A DNA stretch of 64,000 bases from Anthoceros angustus (taxonomy: Eukaryota > Plantae > Anthocerotophyta): assembly GCA_010909165.1 (NCBI GenBank), contig VJWM01000119.1, positions 310,001 to 374,000 of the forward strand. The letters are read 5' to 3'. This document shows, one piece after another, positions 1 through 10,847 of this stretch. Made by a program: the position numbers and the translations under genes. The notes beneath the pieces were generated by a model that did not search any database, was not told the origin of the DNA, and saw only the letters and a list, made by a program, of their open reading frames with translations. Each line of letters opens with the position of its first letter. Position 1 is the stretch's first letter.

Positions 1-796
1 CAGTAGATACTCAGAGGAAGTCGAAGAAGAGTCGAGCGTGACTCGAAAGGTGCACGACCGGGGAGACTCAATCAGTGATATCGCTTGCACCCTTTTTTTG
101 TCAGTGGTTTTTGTTTGGTGGAGGATTGCGAAATGGTGCTTCAACGTGGCTTCTTTTGAGGTGAGAGGCGTAAAGGTCCTCTTTGGGACTACCGATTACT
201 GAGGAGATTAGGATGCAGGTCAGGAGAGAACATGCCACAGACAAAACCATTTAGGCGTATGCACGTCCGGGCCAGTCTCCTTGCTGCATCACGTGAATTC
301 AATCACAAATGTTGAGACAGTGCTCATGCATCCCCGGAGTCCAAGTTTCAGAAATCCCTTCAGTAGGGTAGCATTCTAATTGTTGGCCTGAAACAAGGGA
401 CAAGGCCAGCAATGAGAATTATGTACCGTAAAATTTTTACAGCTGAACCATGAAAATCAATATCCGAGAAGCGAACGTTGCCTCCTTGCGGCGGGCATCT
501 CTCTCCCTCATGAGAATTTCTGCGTTGTATGGATCTTAGACTTGTTGGAACGTGCCGGTTGTTGATCTAGGAGCCTGCACGGGTTCCTGCGGGAACAGGC
601 GCACAAACAGATCCTGTATCCCTGCCGGAGCTTGCGCTACGTTTCAAAGCTGGTTTTCGATAATTGATCCAATTACGAGTAATTCTTCAAATTGCGCGAG
701 CCCTTTTCTTACTCCTGCGTACTGGGATCATCAGTATCCCGACATCAAAAACACCATAAAGGGAGTATCGTGGTTAATGAGAAGTTTTAGATGTGC

Positions 797-1816
797 GGGC
801 AAGAACGGAGGAAACACATTAAGTTGTCGTCTTATAAATGGAAGGAATAAGGGCGGATTCGCATGTGGGCACCTCCGCTTCCGGAATGACATTTTGGCGG
901 AAAAGGGCCCGCCATGAGACCATCTTTAGCATACGGAAGGCCTGCCCTATGTTTACGGTAGGGGGGCTTTTTTTAGGTGGTTTTAATCGGTTTCGGCTCC
1001 GGAAAGAAGCTACGACGGGCTGCATCCGGTGCAGCCCGGGTATAGCCGGTGTTCATTTTGGGTCTTCAATACCGAAATCTGCAAATTCACATCTCGCGAG
1101 GAGCTTCTGTCTCGCGAGTCTCACGATTTTGAGAGGAGCTCATGACTTGCACCAATTCTTCTTGATAACCTAGGAGTGGAAGATGGAGCGACCATCCACA
1201 ACATTACCGGACTGGTCATCAAAGGCATTGTCTATGGTCTGCCCGCCAGTGTCAGGAGAAGTGAGACTCTCTGTGGTGAAGGGAAAAAAGCCCATCCACT
1301 CTCGGCTTAATGTAATACTCGCCGTACTGCACCCCATGAAGCATTCGGTGAGAGATTCCTGATACACGCTGCAAGTGAGCTAGAAGCATTGTGATATTAT
1401 ATTATAAAGAGTGCAACACGGTCTCTAATTCTTCGAATTGGGCATCTACATCAAGTGGAGAAGAACCATTTGTCGACCGTCACCTGCAATTACAACGATG
1501 AGGCCTTAAAGCAATGGCATTAAAGGAATCAATTATTGCAAGGAGACCTCCAAGCAATGGTAGCAGACTCTCCATTTCGAAGCAATGGAGCACCGGCCGA
1601 GAATGCCATGCTTATGTCTTCAATCCCATGTGTGAAGACACCGGAGACCTGCTGCGAAAAGTTCCGGGTTCGGTTTGCTACTTTACATGCGGACGCCCCG
1701 CCACGTTAAAAAACTTATGGAACAGAGCCGAAAGTGGGTTCATGCGAATCCGCCCTAAGGGGGGCAAGAACGGAGGAAACACATTAAGTTATCCGTCTTA
1801 TAAATGGAAGGAATAA
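797..1816 (+). repeat. ~54-bp direct repeat pair flanking the Harbinger-like element
   Basis: GGGCAAGAACGGAGGAAACACATTAAGTT..CGTCTTATAAATGGAAGGAATAA at 797-850 and 1762-1816, differing only at GT versus ATC. Confidence 0.9.
851..1755. mobile_element. Non-autonomous PIF/Harbinger-like (Tourist-type) DNA element
   Basis: Perfect 15-bp terminal inverted repeats GGGCGGATTCGCATG (851-865) and CATGCGAATCCGCCC (1741-1755), flanked on both sides by TAA (848-850, 1756-1758). No recognisable transposase inside. Confidence 0.75.
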
Positions 1817-2024
1817 AGGATCACATCCTAAGAGAGAGGAACGGCTACAATACAAAAAGCTTACAGTCATATTGTCTTATGGACCTCTACCAACCATCCA
1901 CGAAAACCCGAGACATGATTACCTTAATATGATCATATATTATTATATTCAATAATATACTCAAAATAAAAAGTCGCATAGTAGAATAGGATGCTGAAAG
2001 TTATAGACAATTAAGATTGTTGTA

Positions 2025-2786
2025 CCATAGGAGCCACCAGTTTTGGACACCCTAATGTCAAATAATTAATTTTTTAAAAAATAAAATTTAACTTGAATTT
2101 ATTTATTTATTTTTAATAAATTCTGTAATATTATTTATATTTTGAAAATGTATTAAACAGATAAGATAATATACCTTCCTCTACCTCACAATAAATAAAC
2201 AAAAAAGACCATGAAAAAATATTACGATTTTATACTAATAGGGTTGGTCATGCACACCCTATTCCTCCATGGTAAGAAAACATGGACAGCCCAAGGCTAA
2301 GCCACGCCCCCACGGGGATGCTGCTACTGGAAACTACCACGGAAACCCTAGGGATGCTGCTGCTACTATTGCATCTTATGCCGCCTCTCTCACTCTAGCA
2401 ACTTGATCTAAAGCAAAGCCTGCAAATGTTTGCAACAACAGCAGCAATTGCTCTATGTGCTGCAAATCTTTGTGCAACCCTGCAGCTACATAGAGATTGG
2501 ACCCGTCGAAGAAATGAATCCAATCCCAGTGTGTGACCTGGAGATTGGATCCCAGCGGAGGTGTATGCTCTCCCCCTTCTCGCGCCGAGGTGTGCACTCT
2601 CCTCCTTCTTGCGCCGAGGTGTGCACTTTCCTGCTCCTCGCGACCGAGGTGTGTGAACACTAGTATGTTTTCGTTACGTACCATTTACCAATTTTTAATT
2701 TTCGATCGCTCATTTCAATATTTTTTAAAAATTCGGCAATTCCTATGATTAATTAATTTTTCATCGAAAACCGTTGGCTCCTATGG
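2025..2786. mobile_element. TA-flanked MITE (Tc1/mariner-like, non-autonomous)
   Basis: Imperfect ~23-bp TIRs (CCATAGGAGCCAccaGTTTTgGA / TCgAAAACcgtTGGCTCCTATGG) with TA on both sides (2023-2024, 2787-2788). AT-rich arms surround a GC-richer core with ~30-bp GCCGAGGTGTG repeats at 2583-2660. Confidence 0.7.
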
Positions 2787-3427
2787 TAGTATCCTAGTAT
2801 TGTCATGCGATACCCCACTACAATTTCAAGAAAGAGAAGGAATTCTATAGCTTTATTTTACTTTATCAAATAAGATTATTATTATATTTTATCCATAATA
2901 TAAATTATAAATTTTATTATTAATAATATTATAACTATAAAAGTTAAGTAGAAATTTTTTTAAGTCCACTGAGTTTTAAGAACGGATGACCGTCATAGGA
3001 CTAAAATATGACAAGTACGTAAATTGTGAATAAAATGTAAGGAGCCTTCTAGAGCTAAAACTCAAACGAAACAAACAATCAACGAATTAATCAATAGTGG
3101 GCCTTAAGACAATGCCCCTACCGATAACAAGCTCGGCATAGAGTAATGGAATATATGCCTAGCTTATTAGATTTATATAGACCAAGCAACACTACGATTG
3201 AAATGCGGTACCACCTGCTTGAAACACAAGATGCAATACACTAAATGCTCTATGTGTTCAACATTGTCATGAAGCTTTTTTTTTACCCCTAATATATCAA
3301 AATATAATAAAAACATAGAAACTTCTTCTTGCTGCCCTGGTTCATACTATCTTTGATCTTCTTTATAGGAAGATGAAACAAAGTTGTTCTATCCTATAAC
3401 AAATCTTAGCATATTGGAAGAATATTT

Positions 3428-4390
3428 CTCATCTCGTCCAACTTTGGTTGTATCTCGTGAAGCTTGCACTCGTGAGATGTAAGAAAACAATGGTTGAATC
3501 TCATGAAGCTTGCAACCATGTAATCCAACAGAACAATAATATTTAATGCAATAGAACAATGATTGAATCTCATGAAGCTTAGAGTCCTGAAATCCAATAG
3601 AACATTAATATTGGCAACCGATACCGCTAAGTCAATATGAACAATTGACAACCGATACTCCGAAGTCAATATTTAATAAATTTTCATGTCATAAGGGATG
3701 AAAGTTACATCACCCTCCCAAAACGTGAACAATTTAAAATATTAAATCATCAATAAAATATAATTATAAAAATATTATTTTTTTATAAATCATAGTAAAA
3801 TTTAAATATTGCATAATAGAATATGATATCATAATTTCAAAGATATTAAAAACCAAGTATATTGTAAGATGATAAATACTACCTAATATCATGGTGTAAA
3901 ACTGGGATAAGATTGCGGCACCGAGAAGGAACTTCCATGCCCTTATACAGGATCCTATTTAATATTAATTATTAAAATTATAAAACTTTTCATTGTTTTG
4001 AGTGCTCGACACCAAGCTCGTTGTAGCATAGTGGAGCATACACAAAAGCCTTTCTTGAGGATTCCAACCCGGTATCAGCCGATCTGGATGATGTGTAGAA
4101 TCATAATCATTTAATAAATAAAACTATAGTATGATCTTGCTGGAAAGTTAAAGCGTGGAAGCTTTCTTGTGACTGCCATTGTTCACCATGTTTTTGATTT
4201 AAGAAGACCAATTGGAGTTGTTCTATCCAACAGAGACAACGTAATGCTACGACGTGTTCATCTCGACCAACCTTGGCTGAATCTCTGAAAGTTACAGTCG
4301 CGTAATCCAACAGCTACGATGTGCCTATCTCGCCCAACCTCGGTTGAATCTCCTGAAGCTTACAGTCGCGTAATCCAACAGAACAATGGG
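3428..4390. repeat. Degenerate ~70-bp repeats in two patches
   Basis: Motif GTTGAATCTC(A/C)TGAAGCTT...TAATCCAACAGAACAAT recurs near 3445, 3494, 3563, 4277 and 4344. Confidence 0.6.
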
Positions 4391-4892
4391 CAGCCCATAT
4401 CAGGAAGTCAGTGTCCAGTGAATTTCATGCCACGATGGATGCAGGTCATGTCTTGCCCTACTTTTGAAACCCAACCCCGGCTTTCTGCTGTGCTCCCAGG
4501 CAGCGACACAAGATCCACCAGAGGTTTTGAGGCCAATCACAGAACCATAACCGTTGGAGAACGTCTTATTTCTCCCGCGAGCGATGGTCCCGGAATACAC
4601 TGTTCTCGGAGTGGGGAAACCTTCGCTGCTACTTTGCAGTCAACGAGACCAACTCATGTTTCTCGAGATATCTACCAAACTCCAAGGCTATATATGTTGT
4701 GGTGGGCACACCATTACGAGTAAAGATTTCTCTATGCAGTGTACCTTGCGCAGCTGAGCAAAGGATTTTGTGATACCTTGCTTACTCAGCATTGGGTACC
4801 TCAGCATTGTGCATCTCTTGCAGGTTGTGTTACAAGCAAAACCAGATACGTCTCCCGATCTAGCAAATCGACATCCCCGGAAGAAGAAGAAG

Positions 4893-6134
4893 ATGGAGAC
4901 GGAACGTTCCCAGGAGGATCGTGGGGAGGACAGCGATCCCGGGCTTCCTGAACTGCCTGAGGACATTATCGCCTCGATCCAGGCGCTTCTGCCGCTGAAG
5001 AGTGTGCTGAAGTCCCAGGCTGTGTGCAAACAGTGGCATGCGGCGGTGGCGTCGCCGGCGCCGTGGTTCTTGCAGAAGCGGCTGGAATCGCGGGCGGGTG
5101 TCAGGGAAGGTATGCTGTTCGTGGTAGGCTACCTCTCAGATGATGCCATCGCGTCCTGCGTCTACGACACTGCCTCCGACAGGTGGTACGAGGTCCAACT
5201 CCCATCATGGCTGCAGGACCTGGAGGGCATCAGCGTTTTGGAGTTCCCCGCGGGGTCGGCGGGCGGGGGCGTGTTGCTGTGTGACATGCGGTGGCCGGGG
5301 ACTATGATCCGCCCGTACCTGGGAAACCCGGTGGCGGCCTCTTGGGCCTTCATCCCGGAGCTTCCGGAATGGCTGCGGATCCGGGATGTGATGGGCGTGT
5401 TCGTGGACGCCACGGCCTTGTCCTTCAAGCTGGTGGCGGTAGACAGGACGTTGTTACCCGGGCCGATGGGCGAGCCCGTCCCGACGTTTGTCTTCGATTC
5501 CTCGTCCGGGAGGTGGGATGTGACGACGGAGACTATGCCCAATGTCGGCTTCAACCGCAGGTCCGATCATGGAGTGTTTATCGGCACCGTTCTCTACTGC
5601 GTTGCCCGCGGTCTAGGCTGCGATCTGCTGGCGTACGACCTGAAGCAGGCGAGCTGGAGGTGGTTGGCCGTGCCAGTGCCTCAACTCGCGATCGGCCCCC
5701 AGGTCGATATCTACCACTGCAACCTGGTCGATGTGCGGGGCCGGCTGCTGGCCGTGGTGCTATGTCGCCGTGGTGCGGTGGGGGCTTCGGATAATAAGTG
5801 TGTGGAGATCTGGGAGGTGAATTTCGAGAGCTCGACCTGGATGATGGTGGCCACCATGCCCGCTCCCTTCTTCGCTCACTTCCTAGACATATGCTTTCGT
5901 CCGAACCATGCACATGCCGAATCCGAATACAACTTCGAACTTGCCAACCGCATGAAGGTCGTGGCAGGGCAGGATTTGGAAATATATATCCTGCACGACA
6001 AGCTCGACAAGATCGTGGGTGTCGATTTGGGACAGTCGGCTGCGGCTTGGAGGTGGCTTCCCCCCTGCCCCTACGAGCAGCTTGAGGGCAAAAGCCTGCA
6101 CCGCCTGGATCCTTGGCTGCGCTTCGACACCTAG
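4893..6134 (+). CDS. F-box protein with kelch/FBA-like C-terminal domain, intronless
   Basis: LPELPEDIIASIQALLPLKSVLKSQAVCKQWHAAV is an F-box motif. It is followed by PWFL, YLGNPVAASWAFIP, FDSSSGRW and LAYDLKQASW, typical of plant F-box beta-propeller regions. ATG at 4893; an upstream acceptor at ~4822 suggests a 5' intron. Confidence 0.9.
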   Translation: METERSQEDRGEDSDPGLPELPEDIIASIQALLPLKSVLKSQAVCKQWHAAVASPAPWFLQKRLESRAGVREGMLFVVGYLSDDAIASCVYDTASDRWYEVQLPSWLQDLEGISVLEFPAGSAGGGVLLCDMRWPGTMIRPYLGNPVAASWAFIPELPEWLRIRDVMGVFVDATALSFKLVAVDRTLLPGPMGEPVPTFVFDSSSGRWDVTTETMPNVGFNRRSDHGVFIGTVLYCVARGLGCDLLAYDLKQASWRWLAVPVPQLAIGPQVDIYHCNLVDVRGRLLAVVLCRRGAVGASDNKCVEIWEVNFESSTWMMVATMPAPFFAHFLDICFRPNHAHAESEYNFELANRMKVVAGQDLEIYILHDKLDKIVGVDLGQSAAAWRWLPPCPYEQLEGKSLHRLDPWLRFDT

Positions 6135-6435
6135 AAGCATGATTGAATAGGGATATCAATATTGAACTGTACGTGGACTCCGCAGCAAGTCACTTGGTGA
6201 CTAGCTAAAATGTATAGCAATTGCAAGCTCCTCACTTGTAGACTGAATGTATAGCAAGCTCTAGGCTAGCTACAAATTCTGGACGGAAGCTTTGAGTTTA
6301 ATTTAAAGAGCAGCAGCAGCGCTCACAAGATTGCAGGTCTCTTGCATTCACACTTTACTTTGAGCTTTCGCCCAAACGTGGACGGCAGAGAGATGGCTAT
6401 GTTGAGGATGTGGTGGCCTTGGCCTCTCATCCATC

Positions 6436-6750
6436 CTATAGATGGCACACAGTTATGGCGGGTATACAGTTTAACGCACCACATCTAGCTCCTTCACCAA
6501 AACAGAGTTCAGCGCGGTACCACATCTTTTCCACCAAGTCTGTCGAACGCTGTGCTTGAGGTTTTCTAGCTGCGACCTTTTGTTGGCATGCCACACTCTT
6601 CTTCCATACAAACAGCTTTAGGGTCCGAGATATGCACAACCGAAGAACATGCTGTTCTCCTGAAGGACCTTTTGCCTGTCCGATTAATGCACATGAATGT
6701 GGTCCATAGCAGCAAGCACACGTCCGGGCGGCCACTATTCGCGATGAGGC
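6436..6750 (-). pseudogene. 3' half of a probable F-box pseudogene split by the copia element
   Basis: Joins 14744-15275 across the GAGGC TSD. The reading ESVPVCKSLPAS|SRIVAAR is open across the empty site. Confidence 0.4.
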
Positions 6751-6957
6751 TGTTAAAATAGCCATGTCTAGTATGCTTACATTAGGGCACGCTTCAGTTC
6801 GTGAAGCGAAACGCTGCTTCAGGCTACGAGACCGTTACCACCTCGTACCGCTTCGTCTCAGCATAAGAACGCTGTCTGTACATTCCATGAGCGCAATGCA
6901 ATTCTGAACGATCCATGAATTATCTCATCAATTCTGAACGATCCATGAATTATCTCA
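6751..6957 (+). repeat. 5' LTR (207 bp)
   Basis: Identical by eye to 14532-14738. Contains a 30-bp tandem duplication (CAATTCTGAACGATCCATGAATTATCTCAT) at the U5 end. Confidence 0.97.
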
Positions 6958-6969
6958 TGGTATCAGAGC
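6958..6969 (+). promoter_or_regulatory. Primer-binding site for initiator tRNA-Met
   Basis: TGGTATCAGAGC directly abuts the 5' LTR; this is the canonical plant copia PBS. Confidence 0.95.
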
Positions 6970-6981
6970 AGGACAATTCTC

Positions 6982-7230
6982 ATGCCTAATCTGCGGCGTA
7001 GGCAACGCTTTCAGAGGCGCGCCGCCAGACAAGCTCATATGCTTGAATTGCAGAGACAGCACCGAGAAAACTCCTACCTAAAAGAAGCACAGGGAAATCT
7101 ATGGCATTATGCCTGGATTAGAACTACCTCAATCCTCCTACTCATAGGAGAGGAGATTCTACTTCGTGGGTGCTGTGACCCACGCGATTATGATTGGGCG
7201 TATGTGCATTGTTCCTTTCTCTACACATAA
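6982..7230 (+). CDS. Small Arg-rich ORF (82 aa) in the copia leader, upstream of gag
   Basis: ATG 12 bp after the PBS; MPNLRRRQRFQRRAARQAH... No recognised domain. Confidence 0.3.
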   Translation: MPNLRRRQRFQRRAARQAHMLELQRQHRENSYLKEAQGNLWHYAWIRTTSILLLIGEEILLRGCCDPRDYDWAYVHCSFLYT

Positions 7231-7298
7231 CATAGGCACACAATGATAAACGAGTATACCACATCTTTTGATGTGGTCATCCCCTGCTCTGCAGATTA

Positions 7299-7473
7299 CA
7301 TCAAGCAGAGAATCCACATCCATCTAGACACACTATCTAGAAGAAACAACCTCTTCCGAAATTCTCCACAACCTGAAATCGAAGCATCAAGCAGAGAATC
7401 CACATCCATCTAGACACACTATCTAGAAGAAACAACCTCTTCCGAAATTCTCCACAACCTGAAATCGAAGCAT
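7299..7473 (+). repeat. 86-bp tandem duplication in the copia leader
   Basis: CATCAAGCAGAGAATCC...GAAATCGAAGCAT starts at 7299 and 7385. Confidence 0.9.
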
Positions 7474-7679
7474 TAGAAGCTTCAGTAATTAACAAAATCA
7501 AACAACTGCAAAACCGTAGAGAAACCAATGAAACTAAAACCGTGAGAATCCTACTCACAATGCACCTTGACACCACCTGTCTCCTTAGAAACTCCGTCTT
7601 CGAGACATAAACTTACAGCTGCAACCACACACCACATTATCAGCCCACATACACACACAGCAGAAAATTAAAAACACAA

Positions 7680-7915
7680 ATGGCTACCTCCAGCATCTCG
7701 CTGTCCAAGGAGGACAGATTTGATGGACAACAGCACAACTTCCCCATATGGAAGTTTAGAATTACAAACATTCTGAAAGAAAGAAAGCTTTGGGAATTCG
7801 TAGGTGGAGTCGGCACTCCACCAGCACGTCCTTCAGGCACTAACGCCACAAATGCCCAGAAGGAAGAATGGGACGACAAGAATCAGCAAGCCAAGAATGT
7901 AATCATGCAAGGCAT
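7680..7915 (+). pseudogene. gag: Copia gag N-terminus, interrupted by the CACTA insertion
   Basis: FDGQQHNFPIWKFRITNILKERKLWEFV...EWDDKNQQAKNVIMQG is a copia gag N-terminal signature. The frame resumes at 10846-10848. Confidence 0.9.
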
Positions 7916-8499
7916 CACTACTGGAAAAAGTCGTATTTTACAACGACTTTTACAACGACTTTTACTACCTTTTTACAACGGGTGTTGTAAAAAAGGCCGT
8001 TGTAAACACATAGCATTAGAGGGTTGTTGTAAATGACCAAATATTGTATATACGTATGTATAAAATAATTTATACGGTATATATGTATTTATACGCTACA
8101 GCTTGTATACCTTATTACAACTGTACATTACTACACGTATTTTACGATTATACATTACAAAAGGGTAATTTACTACTGGATATTGCAACAGGATATTTAC
8201 TACTACATATTACATCAGGACATTTACTACTATATTTAATAACAAGTTATTTACTACTATAAATTACAATAGGATATCTACTACCATAAATTACAATAGA
8301 TCATTTACTACTGGAAGTTACAACAAAACATCTACTACTGGACATTACAATATGCAATTTACAACAAACTAATCATGGTTAACATCTTCTAGTTAATTAA
8401 CAATGCTTAGTTAACTATGGTTTTTCAATCGGTTTTTTAACTATTCCCACCAAAAATTCAAACCATTTCCGGCCAAAAATTCTAACCGTTCTAAATTCG

Positions 8500-8765
8500 G
8501 CTTTAAATTCCATTGTAAAGTCCGTTGTAAATTCTCCTTTTAATTCTGTTGTAAATTCTCCTTTTAATTCAGTAGTAAATCCTCCTTTTAATTCTGTTGT
8601 AAATTCTCCTTCTAAATTACATTGTAAATTCTCTTACATTGTAAATTCTCCTTTTAATTCTGTTGTAAATTCTCCTTTTAATTCAGTAGTAAATTCTCCT
8701 TTTAATTTTGTTTCAAATTCTCCTTTTAATTCCATTGTAAATTCTCCTTTTAATTCCGTTGTAAA
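8500..8765. repeat. 24-bp tandem array (CACTA subterminal repeats)
   Basis: About 10 copies of TTGTAAATTCTCCTTTTAATTC(T/A/C)G, carrying the same GTTGTAAA motif as the element end. Confidence 0.85.
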
Positions 8766-8846
8766 TTTTGATATTAATTGTTGTAAAATATAAAATAATT
8801 TCTGCTCAATATCTTGCAAACAATATGTAGGGCTATAGTCAAGTTC

Positions 8847-9118
8847 CCCAAAAATGCCCTCTGAGAATGCTGCATTAATACTCTCGGTGCCGAACTCTAC
8901 ATTGGTCTACTTTAAGAGAAGCATCTGCAGACCTACGATTCTGGATTCCTTCTTCATTCCTCCACCCTAAACACACGACTAGCCCAAAAATGCCCTCTGA
9001 GAATGCTGCATTAATACTCTCCGGTGCCAACTCTACATTGGTCTACTTTAAGAGAAGCATCTGCAGACCTACGATTCTGGATTCCTTCTTCATTCCTCCA
9101 CCCTAAACACACGACTAG
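8847..9118 (+). repeat. 136-bp tandem duplication
   Basis: CCCAAAAATGCCCTCTGAG...ACACACGACTAG starts at 8847 and 8983; near-identical. Confidence 0.9.
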
Positions 9119-10847
9119 CAAAATGGGATCATGAAAGTGAACATCAACATCTTATCAACAACCAACTCAGCTTTCAAACAAGGTACATTGAGGTGAGTCC
9201 AATACCAACAATCGAATCGGTTTCTACTCCTTCTCATGCCGACGTGGATTCCAATGATTCACCAAAAGCCATCATCCGCACACTCTTGTTCAAGATTGCT
9301 GCATGACCTCCTCATCACACTCTGTCATAGAATAGCCAGCACCTCTCAAATCATTCCACATGGTGACCTTCTCCTTCTTCCCTTTTCGATCAAACATGGG
9401 AACCACACGAGGTGCTGGCATGGAAGACTCCTTCCAATAGGCAGCAAGCTTTTTTAGCCAATTTCCAGGGTTTCGTGCCACAGCCTCAATTTCATCGTGG
9501 GTGAGATCCCTTTCAAACGTGCGCTTAAAACAAGCCACAAGACCTTTCCGACCACCCAAACCAAAAAAAGCATGAGTCCGAGTATCTCCACCTCTTTCCT
9601 TCTCACATGACCATCTTTTCTTTGGGAGGCGACTACTCCATCTATCTTGTCCCTCTCTTGCTAGAGGAGGACTTGCCAATGCTCCTCCTTCACGGACTTG
9701 GGCTTGCTCTTCTTCACCCCGGCTAGAAAACCATGGGCTGAGCTCCTAAGATTGTTCCTTCAAAATTTCAAGGAGGTATTAGAGAAAAACTGCAATGTAA
9801 TAGCCTCCCATTTTCAAGGTCCTGACAGCACCCTCCGGAGGTTAGTCTCCACGAGTAACTTGGTTGCAGCTGGCTCATCATCAAATGACAGACAAAGAGG
9901 ATTGCAAAAAAACTTCATGCTCCAATGACATTGGTCCTTCATGTGTAGAAAGGAGTCAAAATCATGCTTGATCCAGCCTGCAATACCAACACAAATAATT
10001 TAGGCCTGGACAAATAGCACAACCTGAATCACATGACTAAAATTCAGGAATATAAATCTAGGCACCCAAAGACATGACATGACGAAACCAGCTATATTAG
10101 AGACTACTGGACAAGGAGGGAGACATGCACCTGTTGGGACATATGTCCTCCTGTGGAACCAAGAATGAGACGTCAAAAAATCAGCGCCGCCTACGTGGCT
10201 CTGGTTCTTCCTTTTGTGGTGCAATATGCCCCTCCTGTGCATCTACCCTCACTCTCTTGTTGCTTGGACCTCGAACCACAGAAGGAAGTGGAGTTCTCTC
10301 AGCAGTGGAGGATGTTCCCTTTATGTTGAGGATGGACTCAGGACCTCCTGCTTGACTGTCAGGAACTTCCAACACCTCATCACGCAACAAAACATCTGTG
10401 TCAGGAAGCCCATGAGGAGCACCCAGCCCAACATTGATCCTTGTAGATTCCACAGGGCCATTGGACTTAGGGGCAGGAGGAGCATTCACCACTAGGATGC
10501 GCTCTTCGAACTGGTTGGGCACAACACTCGGTGAGGCTGGGTCATCAAGAGTTGACCACGACACACCTCGTGCCTTCTCAACAACACATGCCTGCTTAGA
10601 GGCCGTCAATTCGCGCTGCTGCAAGGACTTGAATCGCGGATTGTCAACAGAAATGGCTGGAATTTCAGAGCCTTGAGCACATGCACGAACCTGGAGCAAG
10701 ATTCGAGGAGTAGGGTGAGCAGGCGCATGTCGCTCATAGTCCATTGGGGCTGAGACAAAATCAGCAGCAACATGGTCAAGCCTGCTGGCGTCTGCGGGCT
10801 CTGGCTGATTTGTTGGCCTCTCCTCAGTTGACGTTGATTTCATGCAT

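Larger units (their letters stand above)
7916..10844 (-). mobile_element. One-ended CACTA (En/Spm) remnant inside copia gag
   Basis: Begins CACTACTGGAAAAAG, followed by clustered TTACAAC/GTTGTAA subterminal motifs. 3-bp TSD CAT (7913-7915, 10845-10847). No TAGTG right terminus. Decayed minus-strand coding sequence at ~9200-10835. Confidence 0.85.

Noticed and set aside
3428-3610. 70-bp repeats as leucine-rich repeats
   Set aside because: The spacing does not fit LxxLxLxxN and a stop codon is shared between copies.
4770-4892. N-terminal extension of the first F-box ORF
   Set aside because: It starts at TTG and spans a splice-acceptor-like CTCTTGCAG; ATG 4893 is the more plausible start.
5162-6159. 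Long overlapping or antisense ORFs (5291-5794, 5578-6159; likewise 24186-24689, 41290-42009, 61261-61866)
   Set aside because: They are shadows of GC-rich coding exons and have no domain features.
8634-8819. ORF of TTELKGEF repeats as a protein
   Set aside because: It is the translation of a 24-bp CACTA subterminal array; the period is simply divisible by 3.
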